From assembly GCA_951406725.2 (NCBI GenBank), contig OX597828.1, positions 54,932,001-54,996,000 of the forward strand: a stretch of DNA of 64,000 nucleotides. Direction: 5' to 3'. Below are positions 23,561 to 37,056 of this stretch, one piece after another. This DNA comes from Octopus vulgaris. Lineage: Eukaryota. Numbering within the stretch: the first letter of the stretch is position 1; each line of letters opens with the position of its first letter. The position numbers and the translations under genes are program-made. Under the pieces are notes generated by a model. It saw only the letters and a list, made by a program, of their open reading frames with translations. It had not been told where the DNA came from and did not search any database.

Positions 23561-23768
23561 TATATATGGTAACCCATATTTTATTGGTATTGTAGTAATA
23601 ACTTTAAAATCCCAGCATGTTGCAGAAGTTGATTAAAAAGGTTGGCTTTGTAATGTTAATAACTTTAAAATACTTAATTCATCCTTACAATTAATAAACT
23701 GCAAACTATTTCTGCAAATTATCTCTCGCTTTCTGTCTCTGTCCCTTTCTAAGTCTTCTTTTCCATAG

Positions 23769-23815
<47 letters not shown>

Positions 23816-24001
23816 TGTCTCTCTCTCCTTCTACTCCTGTGCTCTCTACTTTTCCTTATTTCATATTGTTTGAAAATATCTCAGATCACCTAACTGCTTC
23901 CTACAATACTAGACATGAACATTTGTCTTTACATATTTATAGGTTTAAATGTTCAAAATCACTATAGTATTGTGCATTAAACTGTGGTTGTAATTTGACA
24001 G

Positions 24002-24093
24002 ACAGCTCAGGCCTTAGCTGATGGAGCGACAGTAGAAGAGGCTTCCTCAAAGATTACAGAACTGGAAACATTAGGAACAGACAAACACCAAAG
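24002..24093 (+). CDS. DIS3L: DIS3L exon 14
   Basis: tgacag|TAQALADGATVEEASSKITELETLGTDKHQ|gtactg; phases 0/2 fit; weak pyrimidine tract, in-frame alternative AG at 24010. Confidence 0.88.
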
Positions 24094-25121
24094 GTACTGT
24101 TTTATCTGTCTAACTATCTGCCTATCACTCACTCTGTCTGTCTATCTATCAGTCTATCTATCACCCTATTTATCTATCTACCTCTCTGTCTGCTCTTCCA
24201 CCCATCCATTTACACATTCATATGCTGTGACTGCAAAGACCCGACAAATAACATGAGTCCATGGCTGTTTCCTGCACCAGCTTCACATAGAAGCCCCAGC
24301 CCATCCAAAGTACCATGGATCACAGGACAGCCTGTTGTGCTTACCTTGGATTGAAGGGCGACCTGCTGTGCTTGAGGAGACCTATTGAGTCAAGTACATC
24401 AACATCAAAAAATCAAATGGAAATTGTAGTTGTGATACTACAATTTTATCTACCCCATTCCCTAATTTTGTATTATGCACACACACACACACACACTCAC
24501 ACACACACATCCAATGTAAGTAAAATTGGTTTCTCTTAGAGGGAAGAAAGCATCCAAGTTTTCACTGGCTCAACTGTTTAATATCCAATTTAGTTGAGTA
24601 AAACTTTACAATTCACATGGGTATATATTAAATTTATAAAAAGGAAAAGGAAATGGAGATATTCAATTGCCAATTCAAAAATTAAAATTTATTAACATAA
24701 TATTATATTATATTCATGTAATAATATAATGTAATAAATAAATATCAAATACAAATTATATATAATTGTTTCGATTCTTACCCATAACAAAATTATAAAA
24801 GTCCATGTTTGTGGGTAAGAATCTCTTCAGTGTAATGTTTGATACACACACACGCAGACACACACACACACACTCACAAACTCATATTTAAAGACAGGGG
24901 ATGGGGAGGGAGAGATGCATCTGTTTGCCTCTCTACATATCTGTGCTCTGTATATTCATCCATCCATCCATCCATCTGTTTCTAATACTTAGCAGGTTGA
25001 GCAACTGTGTCCTGGGCCCTCATCCTTCATTAACCTCATCAATCATCATGAATGATATTAGGTCATGGTGTTTTCAAATGACTGACCTAACTCACAGTTT
25101 CTTTTATCGTTCTCATTACAG

Positions 25122-25278
25122 AGTTGAAGAACTTCGTGTTGCCATCCGCTTACTTATGGAAATAGCATTCCAACTGAAAGCTGAGAGGAAAGAAAAAGGT
25201 GCTCTGGATCTCGATGGCCTCGAAGTTCGGCCGGTTGTTGATGAAAAGAAAAACATTTCTGAGTTGATCATTGACAAG
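25122..25278 (+). CDS. DIS3L: DIS3L exon 15 (RNB)
   Basis: tacag|..VEELRVAIRLLMEIA..GALDLDGLEVRPVVDEKKNISELIIDK|gtatag. Confidence 0.95.
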
Positions 25279-26250
25279 GTATAGAAAGATACTCTTTACT
25301 CTTTTTCTTGTTTCAGTCATTTGACTGCGGCCATGCTGGAGCACTGTCTTTAGTCGAGAAAATCAACCCTAGGACTTATTCTTTGTAAGCCTAGTACTTA
25401 TTCTATTGATCTCTTTTGCTGAACTGCTAAGTTACTGGGGCATAAACACACCAGCATCGGTTGTCAAATGATGTTGGGGGTACAAACACAAACACACAAA
25501 CAGAAACACACACACATACATATATATATATATATGATGGGCTTCTTTCAGTTTCCGTCTACCAAATCCACTCACAAGGCTTTTGTTGGCCTGAGGCTAT
25601 AGTAGAAGACACTTGCCCAAGGTGCCACGCAGTGGGACTGAACCCAGAACCATGTGGTTGGTAAGCAAGCTACTTACCACACAGACACTCCTGCGCCTAG
25701 GAAGATAACAGATAAACCTTAAAGGAATCACTTTTTTTCCCAATGATTTTGTGTTTGCGATTGTTATGGCTAACATAGAATTGTTAGAACATCAGAGAAA
25801 ATACTTTATGTTATTTATTTTGGATCTTCGCTTTTCGAGTTCAAATCTCACTGAGGACAACTTGTGAGCTTATGCATGTCCTCAGCAGTCACGGCACATG
25901 TTTCATTGCCATTCAGCAGACTCTCTCAAACTATTTATGCCAAACTGTCTGTTGCAGTTGAGAAATGTTCTTTGTTTCTTTGATAGGACAGTCTCTGGCA
26001 AGATTTTATATTCTTCTAACTTTGATAACGAAGTTGAGTGAGGGGATGATGTAAGGACTATCTCATGACATTTGGTACCAAAATAGTTCAGCTTAAAAAC
26101 AATAAACCATCAGACTCAGGAACTAATTCAAACTTTTGAATTTGGATAATAATTAAAAAAAAAAAGTTTCCAATCCCAAAATAACAAAAAACTTTGTTAA
26201 TTAATTTTTTCTCTTATTTTTTTTTTCTTTTTATTTCATCATACTTTCAG

Positions 26251-26346
26251 CATTTAGAAGTTCATGATACAGTAGCTGAGTGCATGATTTTAGCCAATGA
26301 ATGGGTGGCTCGGAAAATATCTTCAACATTTATTAATCATGCATTG
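26251..26346 (+). CDS. DIS3L: DIS3L exon 16 (RNB)
   Basis: ttcag|[32 protein letters not shown]|gtaagt. Confidence 0.96.
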
Positions 26347-26901
26347 GTAAGTGTGGTCTTAATTAAAATTCTCAGTGAGTACCTCGTACAGTGGAAGAGA
26401 AAAGATAATGAGTTCTAATATTTGTAACTTTGTAAGGCAGTGAGCTGGCAGAATTGTTAGCATGCCAGGCAAAATACTCAGTAGCATTAACGTCCTGTGT
26501 TCAAATTCTGCTGGGGTTGACTTTATCTTTCATCCTTTCAGGGTCAATAAAATAAATACCAGTCATACACTGGGGTCAGTGTAATCAACAAATCCTAACC
26601 CCTGAAATTGCTGACATTGTATCAAAATTTGAAATTAATATTTGTAATTTTGTCATATATGAAATTAGAAGCTGAAGAACCCACAATATTGTTAAGAGTA
26701 GGAGTTCTCACTTGGATGGAATGGAAAGTGTTTTGGAAAACCAGGCCGTGGTTTGCCATTGCTGGGAAATCCTACTTCACAACTTCCACCTTAAATTTGG
26801 TTGGGAAATATCATCAAAGGTCACAGTGGTGTTTCTTGCTAGAATACAAACCATGCATTTATCTGTCTAAAATATAAAAAACGAGTTTAAATAATGAATT
26901 T

Positions 26902-27078
26902 AGTTAGTTAGTTAGTTAGTTAGTTAATTTGGCTCAAAAGCAAATAGCAAGGCCATGTAGGGGGACATGGAGTTAAGTACAGGATGGTGTTCATGTAAAG
27001 AGTTCAGGCCACTTGAGGTCCAGGGAGGCTTTGAACAAAGCGGTCGTCGGCATCTTCACCATCTCGTCTGGCAGCTTG
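26902..27078 (-). mobile_element. CR1-like LINE 3' end
   Basis: Minus strand KLPDEMVKMPTTALFKASLDLKW..*, (TAAC)n tail. Confidence 0.7.
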
Positions 27079-27817
27079 TATAATTTTAATATAAATCCCT
27101 AATTTTTTTTCGTGAGTTGGAAGGGGGCTACAAGCATGTTTTCTGTACCCTGCTCTAATTAAATGGCTGTCATTTTTAATAAGTGCCAGGATTTACTCTT
27201 GAAGTACAATAAGCATTCTACTTTAGAGATATTTCCATTGTGTCTTTTGTAATATTCTTGTGTAGAATTGCCAAATGGATAAAGAATTATGCAGAACTGT
27301 CGTCTGCTGTTGGTCTGTTTTTTTGTTGTATATCATGAAGAATGACAATTGATGGTCACAGCTGGAACACCTTTGATCATGTATATACTCTGTCTTAGTT
27401 AACTAAGGGAAATGGGTGAGGCTAAACAACAACAATAGCCATCAGTCCTTTTTTATGTGTATATTACTATAAATATGAAAGGTGAAAAAACCCTTTTTTT
27501 ATGACTTAGAGGTAAAAGGGGTGCATCAGTGACCCTTTTTCTCAAGGTTTCTAGCACTGCCAGGATAAAGGGAGGAAGTGATGATTAAGTCACAGACTCA
27601 GTCAAAATACCTCCAATAGTGTGGTCTTTACTAAAAGCCTCCATAGAACAAGGAATGGTGTTGAACAAGATGACAGGTTAAGTCTACCTTGGTTATTGAA
27701 GAAAGTAATTTTAAATTGATTAAATTGTGTCATCATTTTAATTAGAACTAATATAAACAAAAATATATCGTTTATGTGATTGCATTAATTGCTTTTTACT
27801 GTCTGGATATTTTTCAG

Positions 27818-27970
27818 TTACGGCACCATCCTTTGCCACGTCAGGAATTCTTTCAAGACATTATTGATTTTGCTAAGGTGAAAAACTTCTCCATTGATAC
27901 CTCTTCCAATAAATCGCTGGCTGATTCTCTCGACAGGTGTGTTGATCCTAACGACATCTACTTCAACAAG
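27818..27970 (+). CDS. DIS3L: DIS3L exon 17 (RNB)
   Basis: ttcag|[30 protein letters not shown]|gtgaaa. Confidence 0.96.
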
Positions 27971-28899
27971 GTGAAACTAGTTTTCTTTTCCTTCTTTTTT
28001 CTTTTTATCTTTTATATTTAAAATGAGTAAAAGACCATCATGTATACACGTGACAGTACTTACATACATACATACAAACATACTTACATACGTACATACA
28101 GATGTACACGCATTCACACATACACACATATATATACACAATCATGGTTGTGTGGTTTAGAAGCTTGATTTGCAACCATGTAGTATCAGGTTCAGTCCCA
28201 CTGCACAACACCTTGAGAAAGTGGCCCTGGGCCGACCAATACCTTGTAAGTGTGAAATTGGTAAACAAAGTGTGTGAAAGCCTGTGCTATAGACACATAT
28301 ACGTATGTGTGTTTGTGTTTTCGCCCCACCCCCTTCCTACCACTTGACAGCTGGTGTTGATTTGTTTAACTTAGTGGTTTGGCAAAGGAGACCAACAAAA
28401 TAAGCACCAATACTGGAATTGATTTCTTTGACCAAAACCTTCCAAGGTGGTGCCCCAGCTTGGCCACACTCCAATGGCTGAAACAAGTAAAAGATAAACG
28501 ATAAAGATATGCACACCAGCAGATACACACACACACACACTGACATATTTACTTTCATATTACAAAAATATTAACCAAGGGAAGCAACTCAAGTGGACCA
28601 GTGTCATAAATTTAGATAATTCAGTAGGTGATGGTGTACTGAATAATTCAAACAATTCTAAACATATTGAAATTTGTATTTTTGTTGGTCAAAGAAAATG
28701 AAAGCCCAACGGCAATTCTGACTCTCAAACTAAAGGGAGATAAATTCTCAAAATTCTAGATTGATCTCTCTGAAGATTGGGTTTTTGTGCTTCATGAGAA
28801 ATCTGATTGTTGCTTGATAACAAAGATGACACTGACATGTTTTCATCCATTTAGACTGCATCATGTCCATAGCTGCCTCATTTTTAACAAACATTAGAT

Positions 28900-29690
28900 T
28901 TTATCCCCAACTCATCATCTTCAGCCTCATTTTAGGAGGTCTTCAACTCAACTGTTGTAGCCCAGAAAATTATAATAAACCAAAGGATACTGAGATTTGA
29001 TCTCTGTTGGACACCTACCTGCATATTATATTTATTTTCTGAATTCATTGTTAACTTTCTCTGTGCTCAAAGTATCTGTACAGGGCTTGCATGACTCTCA
29101 CAAACCATTCATCTCCTTTTCCACCTTACTGAATACAGTGCCCTGTCATAGACCTTTTCAGGTCACCAAATTGTAGACTGAATGTTTTGACTTTTTAGTG
29201 AGAACATCTGTTGTCATTGCCTTACTTGGAAAAGTGTATCAGTGCAGGTCATTGCAAGAACAAAACCTAAACAGCATCATCATCATCGTTAGTGTCTGCC
29301 TTCCATGCTGGCATGGGTTGAACAGTTTGAGAGGAGCTGACCAAGTATAAGACTACCCAAGTCTACATGGTTTTTACGGCAGGATACCCTTCCTAACACC
29401 AACCACCCTGCAAAGTGGACTGAGTGCTTTTGACATGGCACCAGCACAGATGAGGACAGTTTTGGCATGGTTTTTACAGTTGGATGCCCTTCCAAGTGTC
29501 GCAGTGTGGAATAGATGCTTTTTACGTGGCACCAACACCAGCAGGGTTACCAAGTAACTTGCAAGACAAATTTACTCTTTGTTCAATCTGTTGTGCAATA
29601 ACTCTTGCAGTTACTTTCATAACCTGGCCCACCAATCTGATACCTCTGTAGTTGCTCCTTTGTGGAGCATATCCTTTATTCTTGTAGCTG
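28900..29690 (-). mobile_element. Degenerate RTE reverse-transcriptase fragment interrupted by a family 3 repeat
   Basis: YKNKG..RSNYRGIRLVGQVMKVTARVIAQ motif preceding the RT domain. Confidence 0.65.
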
Positions 29691-29855
29691 ATGACACTAG
29701 TATACCAATTATTAGTTAAGACACCTCTGTGTTCTACATGATTGACTACAAGAGTGACTAACTTGTGTTCCACTTTGTCATACATTTTCGTCCTCTTAGC
29801 AACTGTCTCTGATGTTTGCATATTAATTCATGTTTTCTCATTTGTCTGTTTTCAG

Positions 29856-30005
29856 CTTTTACGAATGATGGCAGTCTTAGCAATGCCCCAGTCACTATAT
29901 TTCTCAACAGGCTCTTTAAATCGGGATAATTTCTTCCACTATGGATTAGCTCTGGATGTCTACACACATTTTACGTCACCTATTCGTCGATATGCTGATA
30001 TCCTT
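29856..30005 (+). CDS. DIS3L: DIS3L exon 18 (RNB signature)
   Basis: ttcag|[29 protein letters not shown]|gtaagt. Confidence 0.97.
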
Positions 30006-30556
30006 GTAAGTTTATCTAATCTCTTTCCTGTAAATATGATTCTGTACGTCATCATCATCATCATCAATGTTTAACGTCCGCTTTCCATGCTAGCATGGGT
30101 TGGACGATTTGACTGAAGTCTAGCGAACCAGATGGCTGCACCAGACTCCAATCTGATCTGGTTGAGTTTCTACAGCTGGATGCCCTTCCTGACGCCAACC
30201 ACTCCGAGAGTGTAGCGGGTACTTTTACGTGCCACCGGCACGAGGGCCAGTCAGGCGGTACTGGCAACGCTCAACTGGTGCTTTTTATGTGCCACCTGCA
30301 CAGGAGCCAGTCCAGCAGCACTGGCAATGCCCTCGCTTAAATGTTTTTTATGACTTTAAAACAATAAATTTATGTCATAGAACCAGGGGTAGTCTCAGGT
30401 GGGTTGGTATCAAAGGGGTTAAAAAATTGGCAATGTTTAAAATTTTGGTGTGATTCCTTAGTTTCACAGTTTTTGTGTCTCTTTGAAATGAATTAATGTA
30501 AATTATTTCCGTTACTGCTTTAATATTTGCTCTTTTCTTTTTTTTCTTTACTTGAG

Positions 30557-30664
30557 GTCCATCATCAACTTTTGTCAGCGATTGGGGAAGGTCCTGATGA
30601 CTACAAGCTACCCGGCAATGAAGAACTGCAGAAGTTCTGCGATCACATTAACATGAAGCACAGA
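30557..30664 (+). CDS. DIS3L: DIS3L exon 19
   Basis: cttgag|VHHQLLSAI..NEELQKFCDHINMKHR|gtaagc (rare GAG acceptor). Confidence 0.93.
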
Positions 30665-31864
30665 GTAAGCCATATGCCCTCCTTTACCACCACTGCCACC
30701 ACCACCATCATCATCATCCTCATCATTATCGTTGCTATCATTTACATGGAGCAGAATGTGACATACATCCGCCTTCATTATTGTTATTATTATTATTATC
30801 ATTATTATTATTATTGTAATGCCAAGGCAGCCAGCTGATCGAATCAATAGTGCTTAAAGCAATGGACGAAAAGCATTATGACATTTATTCTGACACCTTA
30901 TGGTTTGAGTTCAAATCCCATCAAGGTTAACTTTGCCTTTCATCTTTCCAAGGTCAACAAACATGGGACAAGTCTGAGGCAGTGAACTTGCTGGAAATGG
31001 TACAGCTTCAAATACGATGCATTGTGTTTGTTCTGAGTTCAAATCCTACTGCGGACAATAGATTTAATGACTTGATCAGTTTAACACTAACACCAGTCCA
31101 TTAGGTGCCTTTAGAAAAAAGCCACTCGGCCCAGATCTCTGATTTGAGAATATTGATATCCCTCCCCCTCCCTTTCTCCAGTCTCAGAGGCCTTAGAAAG
31201 GGTTATTGGCACCACCTTATCTTCCTGACTAAAAGATAAAAACAACAAAATAAAATCACAGTCATATGGTTCCAGGTTTGATCCTATGACTCTGTTGAAT
31301 GGACAGAAACTGTACTGAAGCCTGCTAGATGGATTGTATCTAATCATCTACGTATGACCTAATATGACATCATCCTGCTTGACCCTATCCCCATCTGGCT
31401 GTTTGCTATCATTGGCAGAATTCACTCTGTTACAAACATTGATAACAGGCAACCAGTTTTGAGGGATGTCAACAGCCTTTTTCTTACTGCCTCACAGATC
31501 TACACATGTTATCAAGGCAATGTGCTTACTCTCCCTCCTAGACACAAGAGTCAAGACTTCTTCAAATCGCACCTAACAGTCTTAGAAAGAAGGCCACGTT
31601 GGATAATGTTATCATATGTAATGAACCTTGATGTGATGGCTATGGCTGGAATGTTTTTCATTGTAAGTTAAAATTGTCAAGATTTACTTGGAGCAAGTCT
31701 AAACAACAATTAAAAGGATTTTGCCCCTATTTTTCTCCTACTAATGTCATGAGACCCCTTATAAAGGTTATGAGTGCATTGCACTCCCTTATTCTTCTCT
31801 CTGTACCATTATAAAAATATACAGAAATTAAATTAAATTGTAACAATTTGTTTTTGTATTTCAG

Positions 31865-32013
31865 GCAGCACAGAATGCTCAACGTGATTCACAGAAAATG
31901 TTCCAAGCTTTATATTTCAAGGACAAATCTTTTGACAAAAATAAGGAAGATGTTATTGCTGAAGCTATTGTGATTCAGCTAAGATCCAATGGTGTCCTTG
32001 TCTTTGTACCTCG
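31865..32013 (+). CDS. DIS3L: DIS3L exon 20 (S1 start)
   Basis: ttcag|AAQNAQRDSQKMFQALYFKDK..LRSNGVLVFVP|gtatgt. Confidence 0.95.
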
Positions 32014-32989
32014 GTATGTTCAGCACACAATTTGTCTTAAGATAATGGTCATGGATTGTGTATAACACTCTGCATGCATGTGTAGTGTATGTGTGTGTAT
32101 TTGTGTGTGTGTGCATGCATGTGTGTATGTGTGTAGGGAGAATCTTAAGGGTCTATGCACTTACTTCATACACACGTACACACTCACACACACACATATG
32201 CTAGGTTCACACTTGTCTCAGTTGTTACCCATGCTTCAATTATCCTTCAGGGTTGTTCCCCTTGCCACTCACGCTTCTAGTCACCTCTTCCTACTCCCAG
32301 TCATTTTGCCATGCAGTGACCATCCAACTGAGACATGTTTGCTCTTTTCTTTCTCCACCTTTTTTCTCTCCTCATCTTTTCTTCCTTGAAGAAGGGCATT
32401 TGCTTGAAGCATAAAAGACTTTTCCTTTTATTTTTTCTCTGAGTGTGTAACCTAATACTCTTTTTCTCTTCCTTACCTTTGAGTTATTTATAATTTTTGC
32501 GCCACACACAAACACAAACACGCACATATAGGGATGAACATGTTGAAATAAAGAAGAGAAAAGTACTTAATTCAGAAGTGGTGTATTTATTTAAAGCTTA
32601 AGGTGGTGAGCTTGCAGAATCGTTAGCAGCATTTTGTCTGTCTTTATATTCTGAGTTCAAATTCTGCCGGGGCCAACTTTTCAGGGTTGACAAAATAAGT
32701 ACCAGCTGAGCACTGGAGTCGATGTAATCGACTTACACCCTCCCTAAAATTGCTGGCCTTGTGCCAAAATTTGAAATCAGTAATATTTGAAAGTTGGAGG
32801 GGATCCGAGTGAATCTATTATATAACAAAATAAACATTGACAATTATGTCAGGGTTTTTTGACCAAGTTTGACAGTGTTCCTACGTACTGTGCAGGGGAG
32901 GCAATTCAGTAAAACTGAGGAAAAATTAGAAAAATTTCTGCCAGGATCAGATGGTGAACACACAGAACAACCGTTGGTTTGCCACATCC

Positions 32990-33573
32990 CTGACACATGA
33001 ACTGAGACTGGATAAAAATCAAACATCCAGTCAACATCACGGTGTTTGGAATGGTCACTATTGATGGTGACGTTATGCTTCCGTTCATCTTTCCACATGG
33101 CCTCAAACTCAATACAGAGGTCTACATTGAGTGCCTGGAGGAGGTAGCGCTGCCCTGGGTCAAGAGGTTGGCTGCTGGAAGACCCTGTGTCTGGCAACAG
33201 GACTCTGCACTATGTCACACAAACAGGAGAACCCAGTCATGGCTGTCAGACAATTTCTGCAACCACATCACTCCTAACTTCTGGCCACCTAACCCTCCAG
33301 ATTGCAACCCCCTTGGTTATTACGTGTGGGGTGCAGTTGATGAACTGAAGGCAAGGATTTCGGCAGCATTGACCATCCAGAAGAGTTGCAGGAGATTCCG
33401 AAGTCATCTGGAGGCCATGGTTGAAGCCAATGGCAATTTTATTGAATGAATTTACTCTTTAGTACATCAAAATATTTTAATGTAATTTTGGTAAATATAT
33501 GTGTCAAAATAAGATGTAAGTGTTATTTTCATTTTTGTGTAACTTAGATGACAGTTTATTCACTGCACCCTAT
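32990..33573 (+). mobile_element. Tc1/mariner maT-family (DD37D) transposase relic with right end
   Basis: WQQDSALCH..WPPNPPDCNPLGYYVW; 37 residues between QQD and the third catalytic position (D to G here); ends ..cactgcaccctata; partial copy at about 34414-34547. Confidence 0.88.
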
Positions 33574-33619
33574 ATATATATATATATATATAAAGTTTTC
33601 CGTGTTGAAGTTAACCCCA

Positions 33620-33968
33620 CCTCTGACCTTCTATTGAAATCTTCTATCTTCCCCATGCCAACTATTACCTATTAAAATGTTATATCTGGTTCGGCAGTCA
33701 AAATTGGACAAAAATACAAAAGCTGCTGGAAAAGTAACATCGTTATGGGAATTTCCATTCAAACACCTGATTGAGCTCACAAAAATCAATGCCAACTGAG
33801 CATTATCAAGTTTTCGAAAAATTCTGGTCTTATTTGAATTTCAGGACATGTGATCTACCTATGTGCCTGAAATCATTAAAATTGGTTCGACAGTGTGGGA
33901 GACATTAGAGTAACCCCGAACATACACACACATACACAGACACCATTACACATTTATGTATAAAGATA
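33620..33968 (+). mobile_element. Possible non-autonomous Helitron/Helentron-like repeat
   Basis: Ends aaaattggttcg..(acac/agac)n..atttatgtataaagat, resembling DINE-1/Lep1-type 3' ends; no TIR or TSD seen. Confidence 0.4.
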
Positions 33969-34030
33969 TATTTATAAACAGCTATTTCCTTGAGATAAAT
34001 AAAACACAATTCATTTATTATTTCCACCAG

Positions 34031-34208
34031 CTTTGGTCTGAAAGGTCCAGTTTATTTGAAAGACAAGCAAGATAAAGTTGTAGAGTTCTCCGCAGCAAAT
34101 CAAAAGATGGAATGGGGTCATGGCTCCATAACCCGTGGTGATAATCATGTTACAGTTATAAGTCGCTCTGGCAAAAAGATGAAGTTTACTCTCTTGCAGC
34201 ACATAACT
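34031..34208 (+). CDS. DIS3L: DIS3L exon 21 (S1)
   Basis: accag|..FGLKGPVYLKDK..KFTLLQHIT|gtaagt. Confidence 0.95.
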
Positions 34209-35755
34209 GTAAGTATCATTTATTTCTTTATTTCTTTGTTTATTTATTACTCATTCATCATCATCATCATCATCATTGTTTAATGTCCGCCTTCCATGTT
34301 AGCATGAGTTGGACGATTTTGACCGAGGGCTGGTGAACCAGATGGCCACACCAGGCTCCAATCTTGATCTGGCAGAGTTTCTACAGCTGATGCCCTTCCT
34401 AACACCAGCCACTTAATACAGAGGTCTACATTGAATGCCTGAAGGAGGTAGTGCTGCCCTGGGTGAAGAGGGTGGCTGCTGGAAGACCTTATGTCTAGCA
34501 ACAGGACTCTGCACTATGTCACACAGGCAAGAGAATCCAGTCATGGCTAATAAAAAAAAAAAAGGGAACAGAACCTGTAATCTAAAGGTTGCAGGATCCC
34601 TTTTGGGTTATTTAGGAATGACTGATTAAGCTGAGGCGTTGTCAAGTTGCCAGTGTTGGTGAAAATGGCCCAGATAATACAGTACTGAACTTGAGTATTA
34701 AATAACTGTTAAAAGACACCTAGAATTTTTTTGAGTAATGTTTTTGTAGCTTGTTGTTGTTATGTTACCTATATAGGAGCATAATTATAGTAGTTCTGTT
34801 GAGGTTCATTTACTGTTTACTGAGATGCCAAGGTTCTCGTCTGTTGATCCCTAAATCATTGATATTGTACATGTTGTAAACGTGTCTCACTGTCATATAA
34901 GTGATGTCTTTTGTTTCCAGTCATCATCATCATCATCACCGTCGTTTAACGTCCGCTTTCCATGCTGGTATGAGTTGGACAGTTTGACTGGGGACTGGTG
35001 AGCCAGGAGACTGCACCAGGCTCCAATCTGATCTGGCTGAGTTTCTACAGCTGGATGCCCTTCCTAATGCCAACCACTCCGAGAGTGTAGTAGGTACTTT
35101 TACATGCCACCGGCACAAGGGCCAGTCAGGCGGTACTGGCAACGGCCACGCTCAAATCTTATTACATGTGCCACCGGCACAGGTGTCAGTGAAGTGACGT
35201 TGGTAACGATCACGCTCGAATGGTGCCCTTTTATGTACATGCTTTTACTAGCAACTTTGTTCCCTAGACAGGAAAGATTAACCCTAACATTGGTCATATT
35301 AAAAAAGTATTTAGTTTTTGTGTGCATGGGAAAGGGTGTCTATTGGGGATATGGTCACCTTGTTAAGATCCAATGTCTCTTTCTGCAGAATTAAAATGGT
35401 AGGATGAGTTGAGGGATATTCTATTGTTATATAGAGATTCTCAGTTTGGTTTGTGTTCCATTATTGTTGCTGTTGTTTAGCAACAAGCCTGATCCAGTAA
35501 ACCTTTGATCAAGGCATTCTAACCGTGGTTAACTTGTCTTATTTCTTCTTGGCATAATGTATCTAGGACTACATTGTTCAATATTTCTTAGAGTTTTTTT
35601 GTTTTTTTGAAGATGATAGGATGAAGACTATTTATTCTAGCAACCAATCAAATGGTCACACTGAGACTTCATCACTGAAATCTGTGACTGATTGATATCA
35701 GATGAAAATAAACTTTATATATGTATATATATATATATATTTTTTCCTGTTTTAG

Positions 35756-35890
35756 GTAATTATTTCCTTAGAATTGGTCAATGCTCATCAACCAAATGTT
35801 AAACTGGAGCTGCTTTCTGATAAACCGATTCTTTTACAAAACCAAAATCAAACTGATCTAAAAAATGTGTTTGACAAGTTTTCTAAAAAG
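35756..35890 (+). CDS. DIS3L: DIS3L exon 22
   Basis: tttag|VIISLELVNAHQPNVKLELLSDKP..FSKK|gtaaat. Confidence 0.92.
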
Positions 35891-35898
35891 GTAAATAT

Positions 35899-36240
35899 AT
35901 GTGTGTGTGTGTGAGTGTGCACATGTGTGTGTGTGAGTGTGTGTGTATGTATGTATGTATGTATGTATGTTTATATGTATGTATGTTTGTATGTATGTAT
36001 GCATGTATGTATGTTTGTATGTATGTATGTTTGTATGTATGTATGTATGTGTGTATGTATGTGTGTATGCATGTTTATATGTATGTTTGTATGTATGTAT
36101 GTATGTATGTATGTATGTATGCATGCATGTATGTATGTATGTATGTATGTATGTATGTATGTATGTATGTTTGTATGTATGTATGTATGTATGTGTGTAT
36201 GTATGTATATGTGTGTCCTTATCATCATCATCATCATCAT
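35899..36240. repeat. (ATGT)n/(GT)n microsatellite followed by (CAT)n
   Basis: Direct inspection. Confidence 0.97.
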
Positions 36241-36697
36241 CCCTTTAACATCCACTGTGCATGAGTGAGAGAGAATTTGTTGAGGCAAATTTTCTATGGC
36301 TGGATGCTCTTCCTGTCACCCACTCTCACCTTTTTCCAAGCAAGTCCATATTTCCCTATCATCAAAGTCGTTTTGCATGGAAGATTGAAAATGTAGAACA
36401 TCATTTGTATGGTAGTGTAGCACAAGGTTTGTCTGATCAAGAACTGACCTTTTAGTTTGAAATTTATTTACTTTTCTTATTAATGCTTTAAATCTCTGAC
36501 TGGATTTGCTCCCTGCATTCTTTTTCCTTCTCTTTTGAAACTCATTTCAGATACTTTTATATTTTATCATATTTCTATTTAATTTAATTTAATTTAATTT
36601 TTTCCTCTTTCTATAAATCATGTTGAAAATTATATCTCAGTGAAATAGAATGAAAAAATAATAATTCTTAGTTTCTTTTCCTCTTTTTATCCTTCAG

Positions 36698-36847
36698 GAT
36701 GCAAATGCCTTGAGTGCTGATGAAATAGCAGCTGCCTCAGCGAACTCATTTACTCATCTGAATACAGAATACAGACAGTCTGAGGCTGAAAATAGTTTGT
36801 ATGAAGTGTTTGAATCTTTCCAGGAAATGGGTATAATGTCCGTATAA
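36698..36847 (+). CDS. DIS3L: DIS3L exon 23 (terminal, TAA stop)
   Basis: ttcag|DANAL..TEYRQSEAENSLYEVFESFQEMGIMSV*. Confidence 0.92.
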   Translation, partial: DANALSADEIAAASANSFTHLNTEYRQSEAENSLYEVFESFQEMGIMSV

Positions 36848-36940
36848 GGAAATGGATTTTGTTGAACCAGTTTTGTACATTTTGACCTAAATGGGTGATT
36901 GTTGTAAATATTTGTCTGTACATACACATGTATATGTCTG

Positions 36941-36984
<44 letters not shown>

Positions 36985-37043
36985 GTGAATGTGTGTTTGT
37001 GTGTGCGTGTTTGTCTTTTTTTTAGAAATTTCTAAGATTTAAA

Positions 37044-37056
37044 AATAAAAAATAAA
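37044..37056 (+). terminator. DIS3L polyadenylation signal (tandem AATAAA)
   Basis: AATAAA at 37044 and 37051, about 200 nt after the stop, followed by a T/GT-rich tract. Confidence 0.65.

Larger units (their letters stand above)
7544..36847 (+). other. DIS3L: DIS3L gene span: 23 coding exons, 3192 nt CDS, about 1063 aa (CR3/PIN, CSD1/2, RNB, S1)
   Basis: All 22 introns are GT-AG with compatible phases. Translation is colinear with DIS3L rather than DIS3 or DIS3L2 ([36 protein letters not shown]-terminus). Confidence 0.96.

Noticed and set aside
32384-32420. Second copy of the 57183-type hammerhead
   Set aside because: Core and GAAA box decayed (ttgaaga..gaagcata); relic only.
35858-36288. 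Stacked 88-121 aa ORFs (MYVC and HTYI repeats)
   Set aside because: Translations of a tetranucleotide microsatellite.
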